Source: Salinispira sp. | Lineage (GTDB): Bacteria; Spirochaetota; Spirochaetia; DSM-27196; Salinispiraceae | Length of the DNA: 64,000 nt | Assembly: GCA_965602015.1 (NCBI GenBank) | Contig: OZ271918.1 | Span: 2,112,001-2,176,000 of the forward strand | Direction: 5' to 3' | Part shown: positions 54,601 through 61,167 of the stretch, in pieces | Layout: each line of letters begins with the position of its first letter | How positions within the stretch are numbered: position 1 is the first letter of the stretch | Translations under genes and position numbers: made by a program | The notes under the pieces: model-generated | What the model saw: only the letters and a program-made list of their open reading frames with translations | Told to the model about the DNA's origin: nothing | Database searches by the model: none

Positions 54601-54666
54601 CTGGGCGAAAATCGAGAACAACAATAGCAATGTATAAACGAGCGCAAGAAACCTCGGTCTCACCAC
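48652..54666 (-). CDS. 2004-aa Ig-like-repeat protein with a signal peptide and a C-terminal outer-membrane beta-barrel
   Basis: Sec signal (LLLLFSIFA/QD), tandem Ig-like repeats, last ~160 aa of amphipathic strands ending GLRINVF. Confidence 0.85.
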   Translation of the reverse strand: MVRPRFLALVYTLLLLFSIFAQDGETAGVSPSEAQSAAEDGLEVFLPVDGINQWQKAFDISNLDPGVYNVVVRARDIAGNVIEAEPVDIRIDPESDLPVASITYPGRDLRITGDLTVLGSARDDDQVQFVEVRLGDEAFRRADGADFWSQRIETDSLADGQYTVTTRATDVNGLQGREVSQRFFLDRDAPLISIDSHRNGDLVSGRFQIAGNTSDSNGVAAMEYSLDGGDSWLEARIPRSAREGQAAFIIPINSRDLLDGPQILLFRSTDLQGSTAETALLLYVDNSPPVIEIVYPREDEPENGYFMVAGRASDDTGVESLFWSYRGGELQEIQLPPGNPFWSIMVDFVGKDQMDLDFILSDVAGNQTELRLRRPLDVEADKPGVQLLSPVSEGDSEPRLAGWVSDDDAPEAVVYRLNRGEPQRIESDGSFSVDLEDLSPGDHQISIRAVDRYGFEGDEQQISFFIPPDEPQISFQSMAAGDGSTLAYRPGLEFRSDRHRILSGSVVFASGSGSVTVSLPGVDQREVRLTRGDEQGEYLFAIELGPRVPFGYLPVTIVASDALGTQIERTAYLWSRNLSRPLSDFGFYLADGARAQLSRGEAYQLRFIGHPLETIEVRGSDVLEAQVRNGLIEIRSAEPGVYENLSIYGVTDRGTEFEADLPTLVFDFAPPEFELSGDASGSYGRNPRISGSVDDDAGRPTVEYRINRGDFSPVTLREAEGRWSFDLPVDVAAAEGAPVLVQIRAMDSSGKGRSVYRSFAPTEDPENPPRPGVTVLLGTGGNGLLRSDQAGSGMYIAAAFRGVESVRNIRYSIPEVSEGSIQGFPVAEGFIPVPGEGSYTLSLTADYGEDSQLRGSARFTVVDGFPRISAVDLTAGAQIVRQENLSLNFRVPGTFALSRVEYSLNGGETLTARTSRGEGAGLFSIPVANLPFGLNRYSVNATDEFGRSHRVSGLFFLVADSQNRAINDNPGLYGLGSRDGRHEFYLNGRELASADFEQAPDGFELITDGQYISLNSTGGSRSGPLTITSTTIDGDVYRIGPAQYSADVSPPELRIVSDVAGEHFSSEVPIRVSLTDEDETVLEYRLDDGNWSAFPFDASGETAEGETDADDGDGDDAQDRPEAGESAGISPPTDGNFSGRIPIGARPDGPLTITLRARDASGNSSTRDVLVFRDASAPVITPILPEAGEAINGAISLMFRVDDNYARDIVGSFALGDGITNLQADNGFLRLDADFSPFSELPDNFVLSMLDEANNEGEIRPAIAFDPESDKPRVQVQLPVPNALITGDAVFSGTVLDDDGISRISWSLDGGEPRDLDGGNSFELTVPFADLADNEHLMEITAYDLQGVPSDPVRIPFRVSRQNPDAELTSPVLGSTNRAEITLEGRATDENGISRILVSFNNGLSYKEASLLPVVGDDAQNIGDEGEVEDFAEITPPEDPSVPEAERSWVYALDSQVLVDGTYMVLIRAVDGYGVESVATSLLTVDNTSPFVEVSLPRDGEDFTEELPLQMRLSDELSVSRVQYQISLLDEEGDGESTGLEGSLVPQPVVIEQLDITSLDPGLYNLTLYVYDDANNETIVSRDFIRRVSVDQSIPKILYPLDGAEIRGPFYLEGRVEGDRIPETVSLYRNGSAFAVSETDEQGYFRHQLASGDIPEGDQRFSVAIDLPGSERRISREIRVDYAESGPWVMMSSIRTGQFASQRPWIEGSAGYNLSVSQADSDGDGELSRAELRPFALEALEYSLDNGLVFREIRAEEQWRFRLETQEINDGQLSILVRARFANGETAQDTVYVFVDDTNPAVTILDPEEGLAFNGELMVSGTASDSNGLSDISVMLRPRSKNSYEVPQFIQGLYVDAHVLGATIWEVGLGLTFFDNNVKLQALFGQAPPGRFNGNVLGFKMLANVFSLPYGFLFGPDWDFLSSSIAVGAAFEYFTMENSPTPDQPGLVLGAIILQLELLKIELQNAGMFNAYAAYVENQLWFISSDVQGGLAYRMAFGLRINVF

Positions 54667-54781
54667 AAAACCTCACAATAGGGATACGACGATCCAGCAA
54701 AAGAATGAATTAAGACTGCAAAAACGGAGATGAACATTTTTTAATTTTCGGCACATTTACCGACTCAGCCGGCAAATATAC

Positions 54782-54796
54782 TATGATTATATCATA
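54782..54796 (-). promoter_or_regulatory. Extended -10 promoter (TGaTATAAT) inside a palindrome, upstream of the Ig-repeat operon
   Basis: TATGAT-ATA-ATCATA inverted repeat overlapping TATAAT (54791-54786). Confidence 0.5.
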
Positions 54797-54863
54797 ATTG
54801 GGGAGGAATTACTAAAAAAGGACGGTTCATTGGAGAAATTTACTATTCAAAAAGGGTAAAATT

Positions 54864-56501
54864 CTACTTTATCACCTGGTCGGTTACCACATACGGATGA
54901 CCCATGCGTCCGTTATCCCTGCTGCGGCGGGCTTCAAAGGTTCGGTAATCGATGGCCGGAAAAATATTATTTTTCTTTTCGATGCGGGTAAGCCATTCGG
55001 TTCCCAGGTTGCCCTGACCGAGGGATTCGTAGATAAAATAGAAGTTTCCGATGTGTTCCCTGATTCGCGCCCTGGCATACTCTTCGGAAACCCCGGATCG
55101 CATGATTACCGACCAGTCGACGGTTTGGGCCAATAGAACCTCCCGGGCCGCCTGATTCAAGGCCCGTTTTTTGAGGCCGGTAACATTAGGGAACCGCTCG
55201 ACCAGCTCCTGCATGTGCTCAATAGCCGAGTGCAGGTGACGGTAAATCCAGTCATTTGCCCCATTGAGCCACACTTCAGCATATCCCTTGTTTCCCCAGG
55301 AAGAGAAAACCGGTGAAAGAGTTTGCTGAACGGCATTTTTCTCCAGGAAGGCGCCGGGGGTCGTGCTGCCGATAGTTCCGTCGGCATGAATGCGCCGAAC
55401 AACCTGCTCCAGCCACTGGACGCCTTCAAACCACCAGTGGCCGAAAAGCTCGGCGGAAAACGGCGCGGTTATGAGGGCTTCGCCGTCCATTAGACCGTCA
55501 GCGGTTTTAAGCCGCTCCCGAATAGTATAGAGAAAATTATCGGCATGCTCAGCTATTTTGCCCCTGGCCTGCTCGGGCTGATACGGTTGTTTTTCGACCG
55601 TGTTACCGGTTATGGCGTAGTATTTGTACCCCGTATTCACCCGAAACTCTTCCAGGTGAATATACGGTTTGATGTAATCGAAATCTAGATCGTGCCCGAT
55701 ATCCCGGTAGAAATCCCGGTAGCTCACTTCCCCGGGGTATCCGTCGATATCTGACCAGACCCGGTTCACCGATGCCACATCGCGGGCGAATGCATAGGGT
55801 CCCGCGGGAGTCTGAACCGGAGCATATGTACCGGAAGTCGGACAGTTTTTGGCGAATAGCAGACCGTGGGCCTCGACGAAAAAGTAATGAAGCCCATGCT
55901 CTTTCAAGATTTCCTCGAGTCCGGGATAGTATCCGCATTCCGGAAGCCAGATTCCCTTAGAGGCCCGGCTGAAAATCTCCCGGTGGCTGTCCAGGGCAGC
56001 CTCGATATGCGCATGAATGTTTGCGGGGTACTGTTCGTAAAACGGCAGAAAGGGATAGGTGCCCGGACTGGTTATAATCTCGATATTGCCTTTTTTCTGG
56101 TGATAATCAAAGCCCGAAAGCAGATCACGGTTGATCTGGTTGAGGAAAAAATCCAGGTTCTGGCGATATAAATCGAGATACATGCGGGCGAGACCGTTAA
56201 ATTGCGGGTCGTCCTGGGTGCGCCGCACTTCCTTCTCGCCCAGTTCAATCAGGTTTTCCACATAGCTGACATAGCGCTCCTGCAGGAGTTCGTCTTTGAG
56301 CATTGCAGTGAGGCTCGGGGAAAAACTAATGGTAATATTCGCGGGAATGCCGTCAGCATCGAGATTGTGGAGCATTCGCAAAAGAGGGGTATAGGATTCG
56401 GAAATCGCTTCAAACAGCCAGGTTTCTTCGAAAAACGATTCGTGTTCCGGGTGTTTAATAAATGGCAGGTGGGCATGCAGTACTAATTGAATCTTTCCCA
56501 T
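54864..56501 (-). CDS. GH57 branching-enzyme-like protein with DUF1957; acid/base Asp replaced by Ser
   Basis: HAHLPF, WLFEAISESY, WLPECGY, YRDFYRD, PFSAELFGHWWFEG, QAAREVLLAQ. Confidence 0.92.
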   Translation of the reverse strand: MGKIQLVLHAHLPFIKHPEHESFFEETWLFEAISESYTPLLRMLHNLDADGIPANITISFSPSLTAMLKDELLQERYVSYVENLIELGEKEVRRTQDDPQFNGLARMYLDLYRQNLDFFLNQINRDLLSGFDYHQKKGNIEIITSPGTYPFLPFYEQYPANIHAHIEAALDSHREIFSRASKGIWLPECGYYPGLEEILKEHGLHYFFVEAHGLLFAKNCPTSGTYAPVQTPAGPYAFARDVASVNRVWSDIDGYPGEVSYRDFYRDIGHDLDFDYIKPYIHLEEFRVNTGYKYYAITGNTVEKQPYQPEQARGKIAEHADNFLYTIRERLKTADGLMDGEALITAPFSAELFGHWWFEGVQWLEQVVRRIHADGTIGSTTPGAFLEKNAVQQTLSPVFSSWGNKGYAEVWLNGANDWIYRHLHSAIEHMQELVERFPNVTGLKKRALNQAAREVLLAQTVDWSVIMRSGVSEEYARARIREHIGNFYFIYESLGQGNLGTEWLTRIEKKNNIFPAIDYRTFEARRSRDNGRMGHPYVVTDQVIK

Positions 56502-56544
56502 TAACGGCGTTCTCCCGGACTTTTTTGAATTTCCCTTTTGAATA

Positions 56545-57372
56545 TCACTGCTCGTCCTGTTCGATTATTTCCACAAGGCGCCGCGGGCTTCCCTCAAAGG
56601 CGCTGACCCCGAGATCTTCGATGCCCGACAGTGCTATAAGCACTTCGCTTTCCTGACTGTTGATATTTTCGAGATTGCGGCTGAAATTCCCGCCGGGGAC
56701 AAAAATCATTCCGGAGCGGGCGAGGCTTTCATGCCCCTCGTTTAATTCAGCGACAAGCTCGACGCTATAGTAGCGGTTGCGCCGGGGAATGTTAATATAC
56801 CAGCTGCTGTCGCTCATTTGTACGGGTATTTTCATTTCAACCCGGTTTGCGGAAGCCTCCGCTTGGGGTGACGGGCCGACGGAGCTGCCTTCCACCGTTT
56901 CGCCGGCGGGGCGGTCCTCAGCAATTGATGATTCATGTTCGCGCAGAACTATGCAAAAGTATTTGAAGTCGCTGCGGCCGGTCAGTCTGGCTCGGTCCTG
57001 ATTTGATATGTCCCAATAGCTGTAGGCCCATTCGGGGTCCCGAAGCATGAGCATAATGCGGGTCACATTATACTGTTCGGGGAAGGTGAAAAAAGAATTC
57101 TCATCGTCGAAGGGATGCCCGAATATTTCCTCTATGCTCTGGAAATGTTTCTGCTGATAATTCACCGGATGGGAATCGCTTTCCTGCTGCTCCTGACGAC
57201 TCTCTTCCATTACGTCGAAGATCTGCTCTTCCAGCTCCCGGCGGCTTTCCTGAGGGATCGGCTCAAGTGAGTCCTCATCAAGATTGTACTCGTCAAAGGG
57301 ATCGAGGGAGAAAAGCTCGGCGAGTTTGACCAGGTCTTTATCGCTTAATTTTGAAATTCGTTCTCTTGTCAT
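56545..57372 (-). CDS. DUF4912 domain protein
   Basis: PEQYNVTRIMLMLRDPEWAYSYWDI, SWYI and LARS motifs; usual neighbour of GH57/DUF1957 genes. Confidence 0.85.
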   Translation of the reverse strand: MTRERISKLSDKDLVKLAELFSLDPFDEYNLDEDSLEPIPQESRRELEEQIFDVMEESRQEQQESDSHPVNYQQKHFQSIEEIFGHPFDDENSFFTFPEQYNVTRIMLMLRDPEWAYSYWDISNQDRARLTGRSDFKYFCIVLREHESSIAEDRPAGETVEGSSVGPSPQAEASANRVEMKIPVQMSDSSWYINIPRRNRYYSVELVAELNEGHESLARSGMIFVPGGNFSRNLENINSQESEVLIALSGIEDLGVSAFEGSPRRLVEIIEQDEQ

Positions 57373-57403
57373 ATACCCCGCTTCCGTTATGGAACCTTGG
57401 GGC

Positions 57404-57432
57404 ATACTAGGTTTTTGTCATGCTTCTGTCAA
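57404..57432 (-). promoter_or_regulatory. sigma70 promoter of the DUF4912-GH57 operon
   Basis: TTGACA-17 bp-TAGTAT. Confidence 0.7.
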
Positions 57433-58325
57433 GACACACGCCTTCCCATAACCATCACAACATCTCCAATACCTGTAATACGAGCGAGACGGTCCACGGC
57501 CCGCTTCACCGGAGACGGAGCCATACCTACTGGTATGCCGCCCCAGGTTTTACTGCGAAGCGGAGTAAAGCCGTGGCGCTCAAGGAGCAGGTGCAACTCC
57601 TTCGTCGAGAAAAGATGCGTATGGTCGGCTATGGCGGAACGCCACTGCGAACCCATGAGCCAGGCCTGCAAACTGCGCCGGTTTGGCGTCGTAATAACCA
57701 CATGTCCGCCGATCCTGCAGATTCTCCGCACCTCCGCAAGGAATGCATTGACATCCGGCAGATGCTCGATGACGTGGGAAAAATGAATAAGATCATACGC
57801 GCCGCTCTCAAGCCCGGCGGCCTCGAGGGTATCGATATGGATGGGGACCCCCCGGTGTTTGATTCCGTACTCGGCTGCCGGAGCGCATACTTCCAGACCC
57901 TCGGCTTCCCATCCCAAATCATTGAGGTATTGGACCAGGACACCGGTGGCGCAGCCGATATCAATTGCCCGCGGCGCGCTTTTCCTTTCCGAATCCGCCA
58001 AATGCTGCGCCGTCAGGGAAAACACACCGGCATCCCGAAGACCGAAACGCATGAGCGTGAAAAAATTCTGGCTGTTTTCAACCTCGTAATCCCGGTATTC
58101 CTCATCATAGCGGTCGATGAGGTCGCCGCTCAGCGGGCGGGGATTCTGATAGAGGTGTCCGCACCCGCAACAGCGGGAAAACGAGAACTCTCCGCAGTTC
58201 CAGTGGTTCTCTATCCGGGTGGCAGCGCAGACCGGGCATTGTACCGCTTCATGGGTCTCGCTGTCGGCAGGTCGTTTGCTGAACGTCTTGTAGCTATACT
58301 TATTCAGGCCCAGGAGGCCCGCCAT
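57429..58325 (-). CDS. Class I SAM-dependent methyltransferase with an N-terminal zinc ribbon (start uncertain)
   Basis: CPVC..CCGC..YQNPRP, IDIGCATG, HVIEHL and ITTPN motifs. Confidence 0.88.
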   Translation of the reverse strand: MAGLLGLNKYSYKTFSKRPADSETHEAVQCPVCAATRIENHWNCGEFSFSRCCGCGHLYQNPRPLSGDLIDRYDEEYRDYEVENSQNFFTLMRFGLRDAGVFSLTAQHLADSERKSAPRAIDIGCATGVLVQYLNDLGWEAEGLEVCAPAAEYGIKHRGVPIHIDTLEAAGLESGAYDLIHFSHVIEHLPDVNAFLAEVRRICRIGGHVVITTPNRRSLQAWLMGSQWRSAIADHTHLFSTKELHLLLERHGFTPLRSKTWGGIPVGMAPSPVKRAVDRLARITGIGDVVMVMGRRVS

Positions 58326-59148
58326 CGATGGTAAACTCATAACTCTGAGACAACCCCTTCGGGTCGGACAGATACACCTCAATTATATTCATACCCGGCC
58401 GTAGACTGATCTGCAGCCGGTCGCCGTTATCTGAACGCCCTGGTATTAATGACAACTCTTCTCCATTTTCGGCGAAATACTCGAGACCCTGACGCAAAAT
58501 TAACTGGCCGTTAGCGTAGACCCGCAGTGAGAAAATATTATCCACATCATTCCAGCTGAAACGCCCGTCTGCCCAGTCCAGATTAACCAGATACTGCCCT
58601 GAAGCTATCCTGCTGCGGCGAACCCAGGACCACAAATCTATGGTTTCGCCGAGGACCCCGCCGTCCAGCACAGAAGAAAATCTGAGACGCCTGAGGCTGG
58701 GGGCCTGGTTTCCCGGCGGGGCGGAGAAGAGTATTTCGGGATTGATAATGCGGTGGCGCAGACTGTCGATTGCAAAAAAGATAAGCGGTTTGCGCAAGAC
58801 CCCCTGCCCATCGATATTTTCCGTAGCGATGCGACGGTTCTCTCCATCAGAAGAAGCTGAAGTGCGGGAGAGGTTTGCATACACGAAGCGAATACCATTG
58901 TACTCGGCGGTCATTTCGCTCATGCCAAGCCCATTGGGCAATAGCCCCCGGAAAATCACCTCGCCGGTTCCCGAAGGAGAAAAATCACCCCGGGATGCGA
59001 AGGCCATATAGGCGGGAAAGCCCTCTGGGTAGAGGGCAGAACCGCTTGCGGCAAACTCGGTTACCGGTTCTTCAAATGAGGGCCAATCAAAAGCCGACGC
59101 CGAAAAACTGAGCAGGCACAGGCACACAGCACAAAGCACTATCCTCAT
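58300..59148 (-). CDS. Exported protein with a degenerate M23/LytM-like N-terminal domain
   Basis: Signal peptide (SASA/FDWP); GEVIF, NGLG, NGIRFVYANL and IINP trace the M23 pattern but the Zn ligands are missing. Confidence 0.6.
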   Translation of the reverse strand: MRIVLCAVCLCLLSFSASAFDWPSFEEPVTEFAASGSALYPEGFPAYMAFASRGDFSPSGTGEVIFRGLLPNGLGMSEMTAEYNGIRFVYANLSRTSASSDGENRRIATENIDGQGVLRKPLIFFAIDSLRHRIINPEILFSAPPGNQAPSLRRLRFSSVLDGGVLGETIDLWSWVRRSRIASGQYLVNLDWADGRFSWNDVDNIFSLRVYANGQLILRQGLEYFAENGEELSLIPGRSDNGDRLQISLRPGMNIIEVYLSDPKGLSQSYEFTIDGGPPGPE

Positions 59149-60296
59149 CAGCCCTCCTCCAGTATGAAGGAGGAAAGCAATCCGCTTCCCCGAATAAAGA
59201 TTCTGTCACCCCGCCACTCAATGCGCGCATCAAAGGGTAACTGCCTCCTCAAAAGCTCATGTCTGGTGTTTCTGTGATGGATAACAAGTCCGCTCTGCTG
59301 CGGACCCTGCAGGACGGTCCAGTCGACTCCCGCCGGGGATTCGGGGCTGCCTGCTGCCACCCTAACGCTTGAGGGCAACAGGACTCCGCCTTCAATCCTG
59401 CCCTCATTACCAACCGTCTCGGGGAAAAACGATGCAAGGAAGGAGCCCTCCGGGCTTGAAACCGAAATTCTCAGACTCCCGTCGGCATCGGACACCAGAT
59501 TAATAGCTGCAGGCGAGATGAGCTGGAAGTCCAGCTCCAGCTCGCCTATCATCCGCAAGCTTCCCTGAGTCTCCCCGAAGGGAACAAACTCCACAATACC
59601 AAGGGTCATTGGCCTAAAGCCGCCGAGAACCGCCACAACCACCCGGTCACTTGCCTGCTCTTCGGTGGCGCGAAGGATTCCCATGCGGGCCCCATAGCTT
59701 ATTGGGTGGGCTGAATTGCCACCGGTTGTCCAGCTGGCCAATGTTTCCCCGCCCTCATTAAAGACAAACACCCTGCCGTCCAAAAGCGATATGAGGTACA
59801 GCGGCATATCATTTTCAAACTTTTGCGCCGCAGATACCGGACTGGACCATCGGCGGGAAAACAGGAGTTCTCTGACGTTGTCATAGGCTCTCAAGCCCAG
59901 GCCGTCGGGGTCTATTGTCAGTAATCCGTCACCGGCGAAAATGGGGAAGCCCCGGGTTTCAACTGTTTCAAGCACGTCTCCCGGGGGCGAGCGTCGGATG
60001 AGGGTCGAGTGATATTGCGAGGTATTAATCAGACCCCGGTCATCATATTCCCAGTAAAAATCCCGGCTCTCCCGGTGACCGACTTGACCAGAGTCACTGA
60101 CGAACAGAATATCCTCTCCCAGTGGCAGGGCAACCCAGGTTTCAGGAGCAATAATTTGGCTTGCCCGGACGTCTTCCGGGGTTACCCACATATCCCTCAC
60201 GAGAATTTCTGGAGGAAGTCTCATAGGAAAGAGAAAAAACGGCAGCATCACATAGCTGAGGGAGACCAATATTATCAGGATGCGGATGTATTTCAT
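59148..60296 (-). CDS. Membrane-anchored beta-rich hypothetical protein (possibly propeller-like)
   Basis: N-terminal TM; short beta-strand repeats (LLDGRVFVFNEGG); translationally coupled to the next gene. Confidence 0.65.
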   Translation of the reverse strand: MKYIRILIILVSLSYVMLPFFLFPMRLPPEILVRDMWVTPEDVRASQIIAPETWVALPLGEDILFVSDSGQVGHRESRDFYWEYDDRGLINTSQYHSTLIRRSPPGDVLETVETRGFPIFAGDGLLTIDPDGLGLRAYDNVRELLFSRRWSSPVSAAQKFENDMPLYLISLLDGRVFVFNEGGETLASWTTGGNSAHPISYGARMGILRATEEQASDRVVVAVLGGFRPMTLGIVEFVPFGETQGSLRMIGELELDFQLISPAAINLVSDADGSLRISVSSPEGSFLASFFPETVGNEGRIEGGVLLPSSVRVAAGSPESPAGVDWTVLQGPQQSGLVIHHRNTRHELLRRQLPFDARIEWRGDRIFIRGSGLLSSFILEEG

Positions 60297-60309
60297 GGGA
60301 TTGTCTTAA

Positions 60310-61113
60310 TCAGCCTTTGGCTTTGCGGCTGCGCTCATCATCTTCCATTTTCTGCTTCCACAGGTCGGCCTTTTTCTTGAGTTCTTCGCCTTCCTCGGCT
60401 TCGCCGAAGATAATATGGATGCGGCGCAGGGCGGACAGATACCGAATGGCGATTTTGAAATCGTCTATCCTGCTGGTGGAAAGTTCATACTTCAGCCGGT
60501 AATCATCTGCCGCCTTGGATAAGAGGGTCTTAACCTGCTGAAGCATTTTTCCCCGAACCTGATAGTCCTCCATTCGGGGATCGAGACCGGCGATTATGGT
60601 TTTGAAGTTGATGATATTCTTGTATATAACGGCATAGCGTCCGTTGAGCTCAACAAAGGACCAGCGCCATTTGGTATTTTCCCCATAGCCTTCGATAACC
60701 GATTCAATGGTGAAGCCGAGTTTTCGCATGAGCTCATAGCGCTTCCTATCGGAGAAATCGGCAATACTCTCCCAGACCTCGTCCAGGTCGGAAAACGGCG
60801 TATCGATGCCGTCGGTGACCACCTTCTCCATGTGGATAATGCTTTCATAGCAGCTTCTGCGGGCGTCGTTGAGAAAGGCCTCATTTTTTATGCCGAGCAT
60901 GGCAACGGAAATTCTGTTCAAGAGCAGGTAGTGGGCGGCGAGGTTTAAACGATCCTCGGCAAGAGCTATGCGCTTAAACGGCTGGTCATCGTCGCTTTTT
61001 TCGATAACCTGAAGAAGACTTTTTTCCCGTTGGAGAATCTGATCTATTTCCTGCTTATACACCCGCACCTTTTCGGCATAGGTGCGTTTGGCTTCGGCAC
61101 TGACCTTGCCCAT
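60310..61113 (-). CDS. Hypothetical alpha-helical cytoplasmic protein
   Basis: 267-aa ORF with a strong GGAGG RBS; charged and helical composition. Confidence 0.8.
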   Translation of the reverse strand: MGKVSAEAKRTYAEKVRVYKQEIDQILQREKSLLQVIEKSDDDQPFKRIALAEDRLNLAAHYLLLNRISVAMLGIKNEAFLNDARRSCYESIIHMEKVVTDGIDTPFSDLDEVWESIADFSDRKRYELMRKLGFTIESVIEGYGENTKWRWSFVELNGRYAVIYKNIINFKTIIAGLDPRMEDYQVRGKMLQQVKTLLSKAADDYRLKYELSTSRIDDFKIAIRYLSALRRIHIIFGEAEEGEELKKKADLWKQKMEDDERSRKAKG

Positions 61114-61134
61114 TTTTCCTCCGCTCTCTTATCA

Positions 61135-61163
61135 AGTATAGACGGTCACACCGACAAATTGAA
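61135..61163 (-). promoter_or_regulatory. Putative sigma70 promoter downstream of recN
   Basis: TTCAAT-17 bp-TATACT. Confidence 0.5.
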
Positions 61164-61167
61164 GGGA

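Noticed and set aside
48652..54666. Classical autotransporter or intimin/invasin call
   Set aside because: The barrel region is only ~160 aa and C-terminal; there is no 12-strand translocator, beta-helix passenger or N-terminal barrel.
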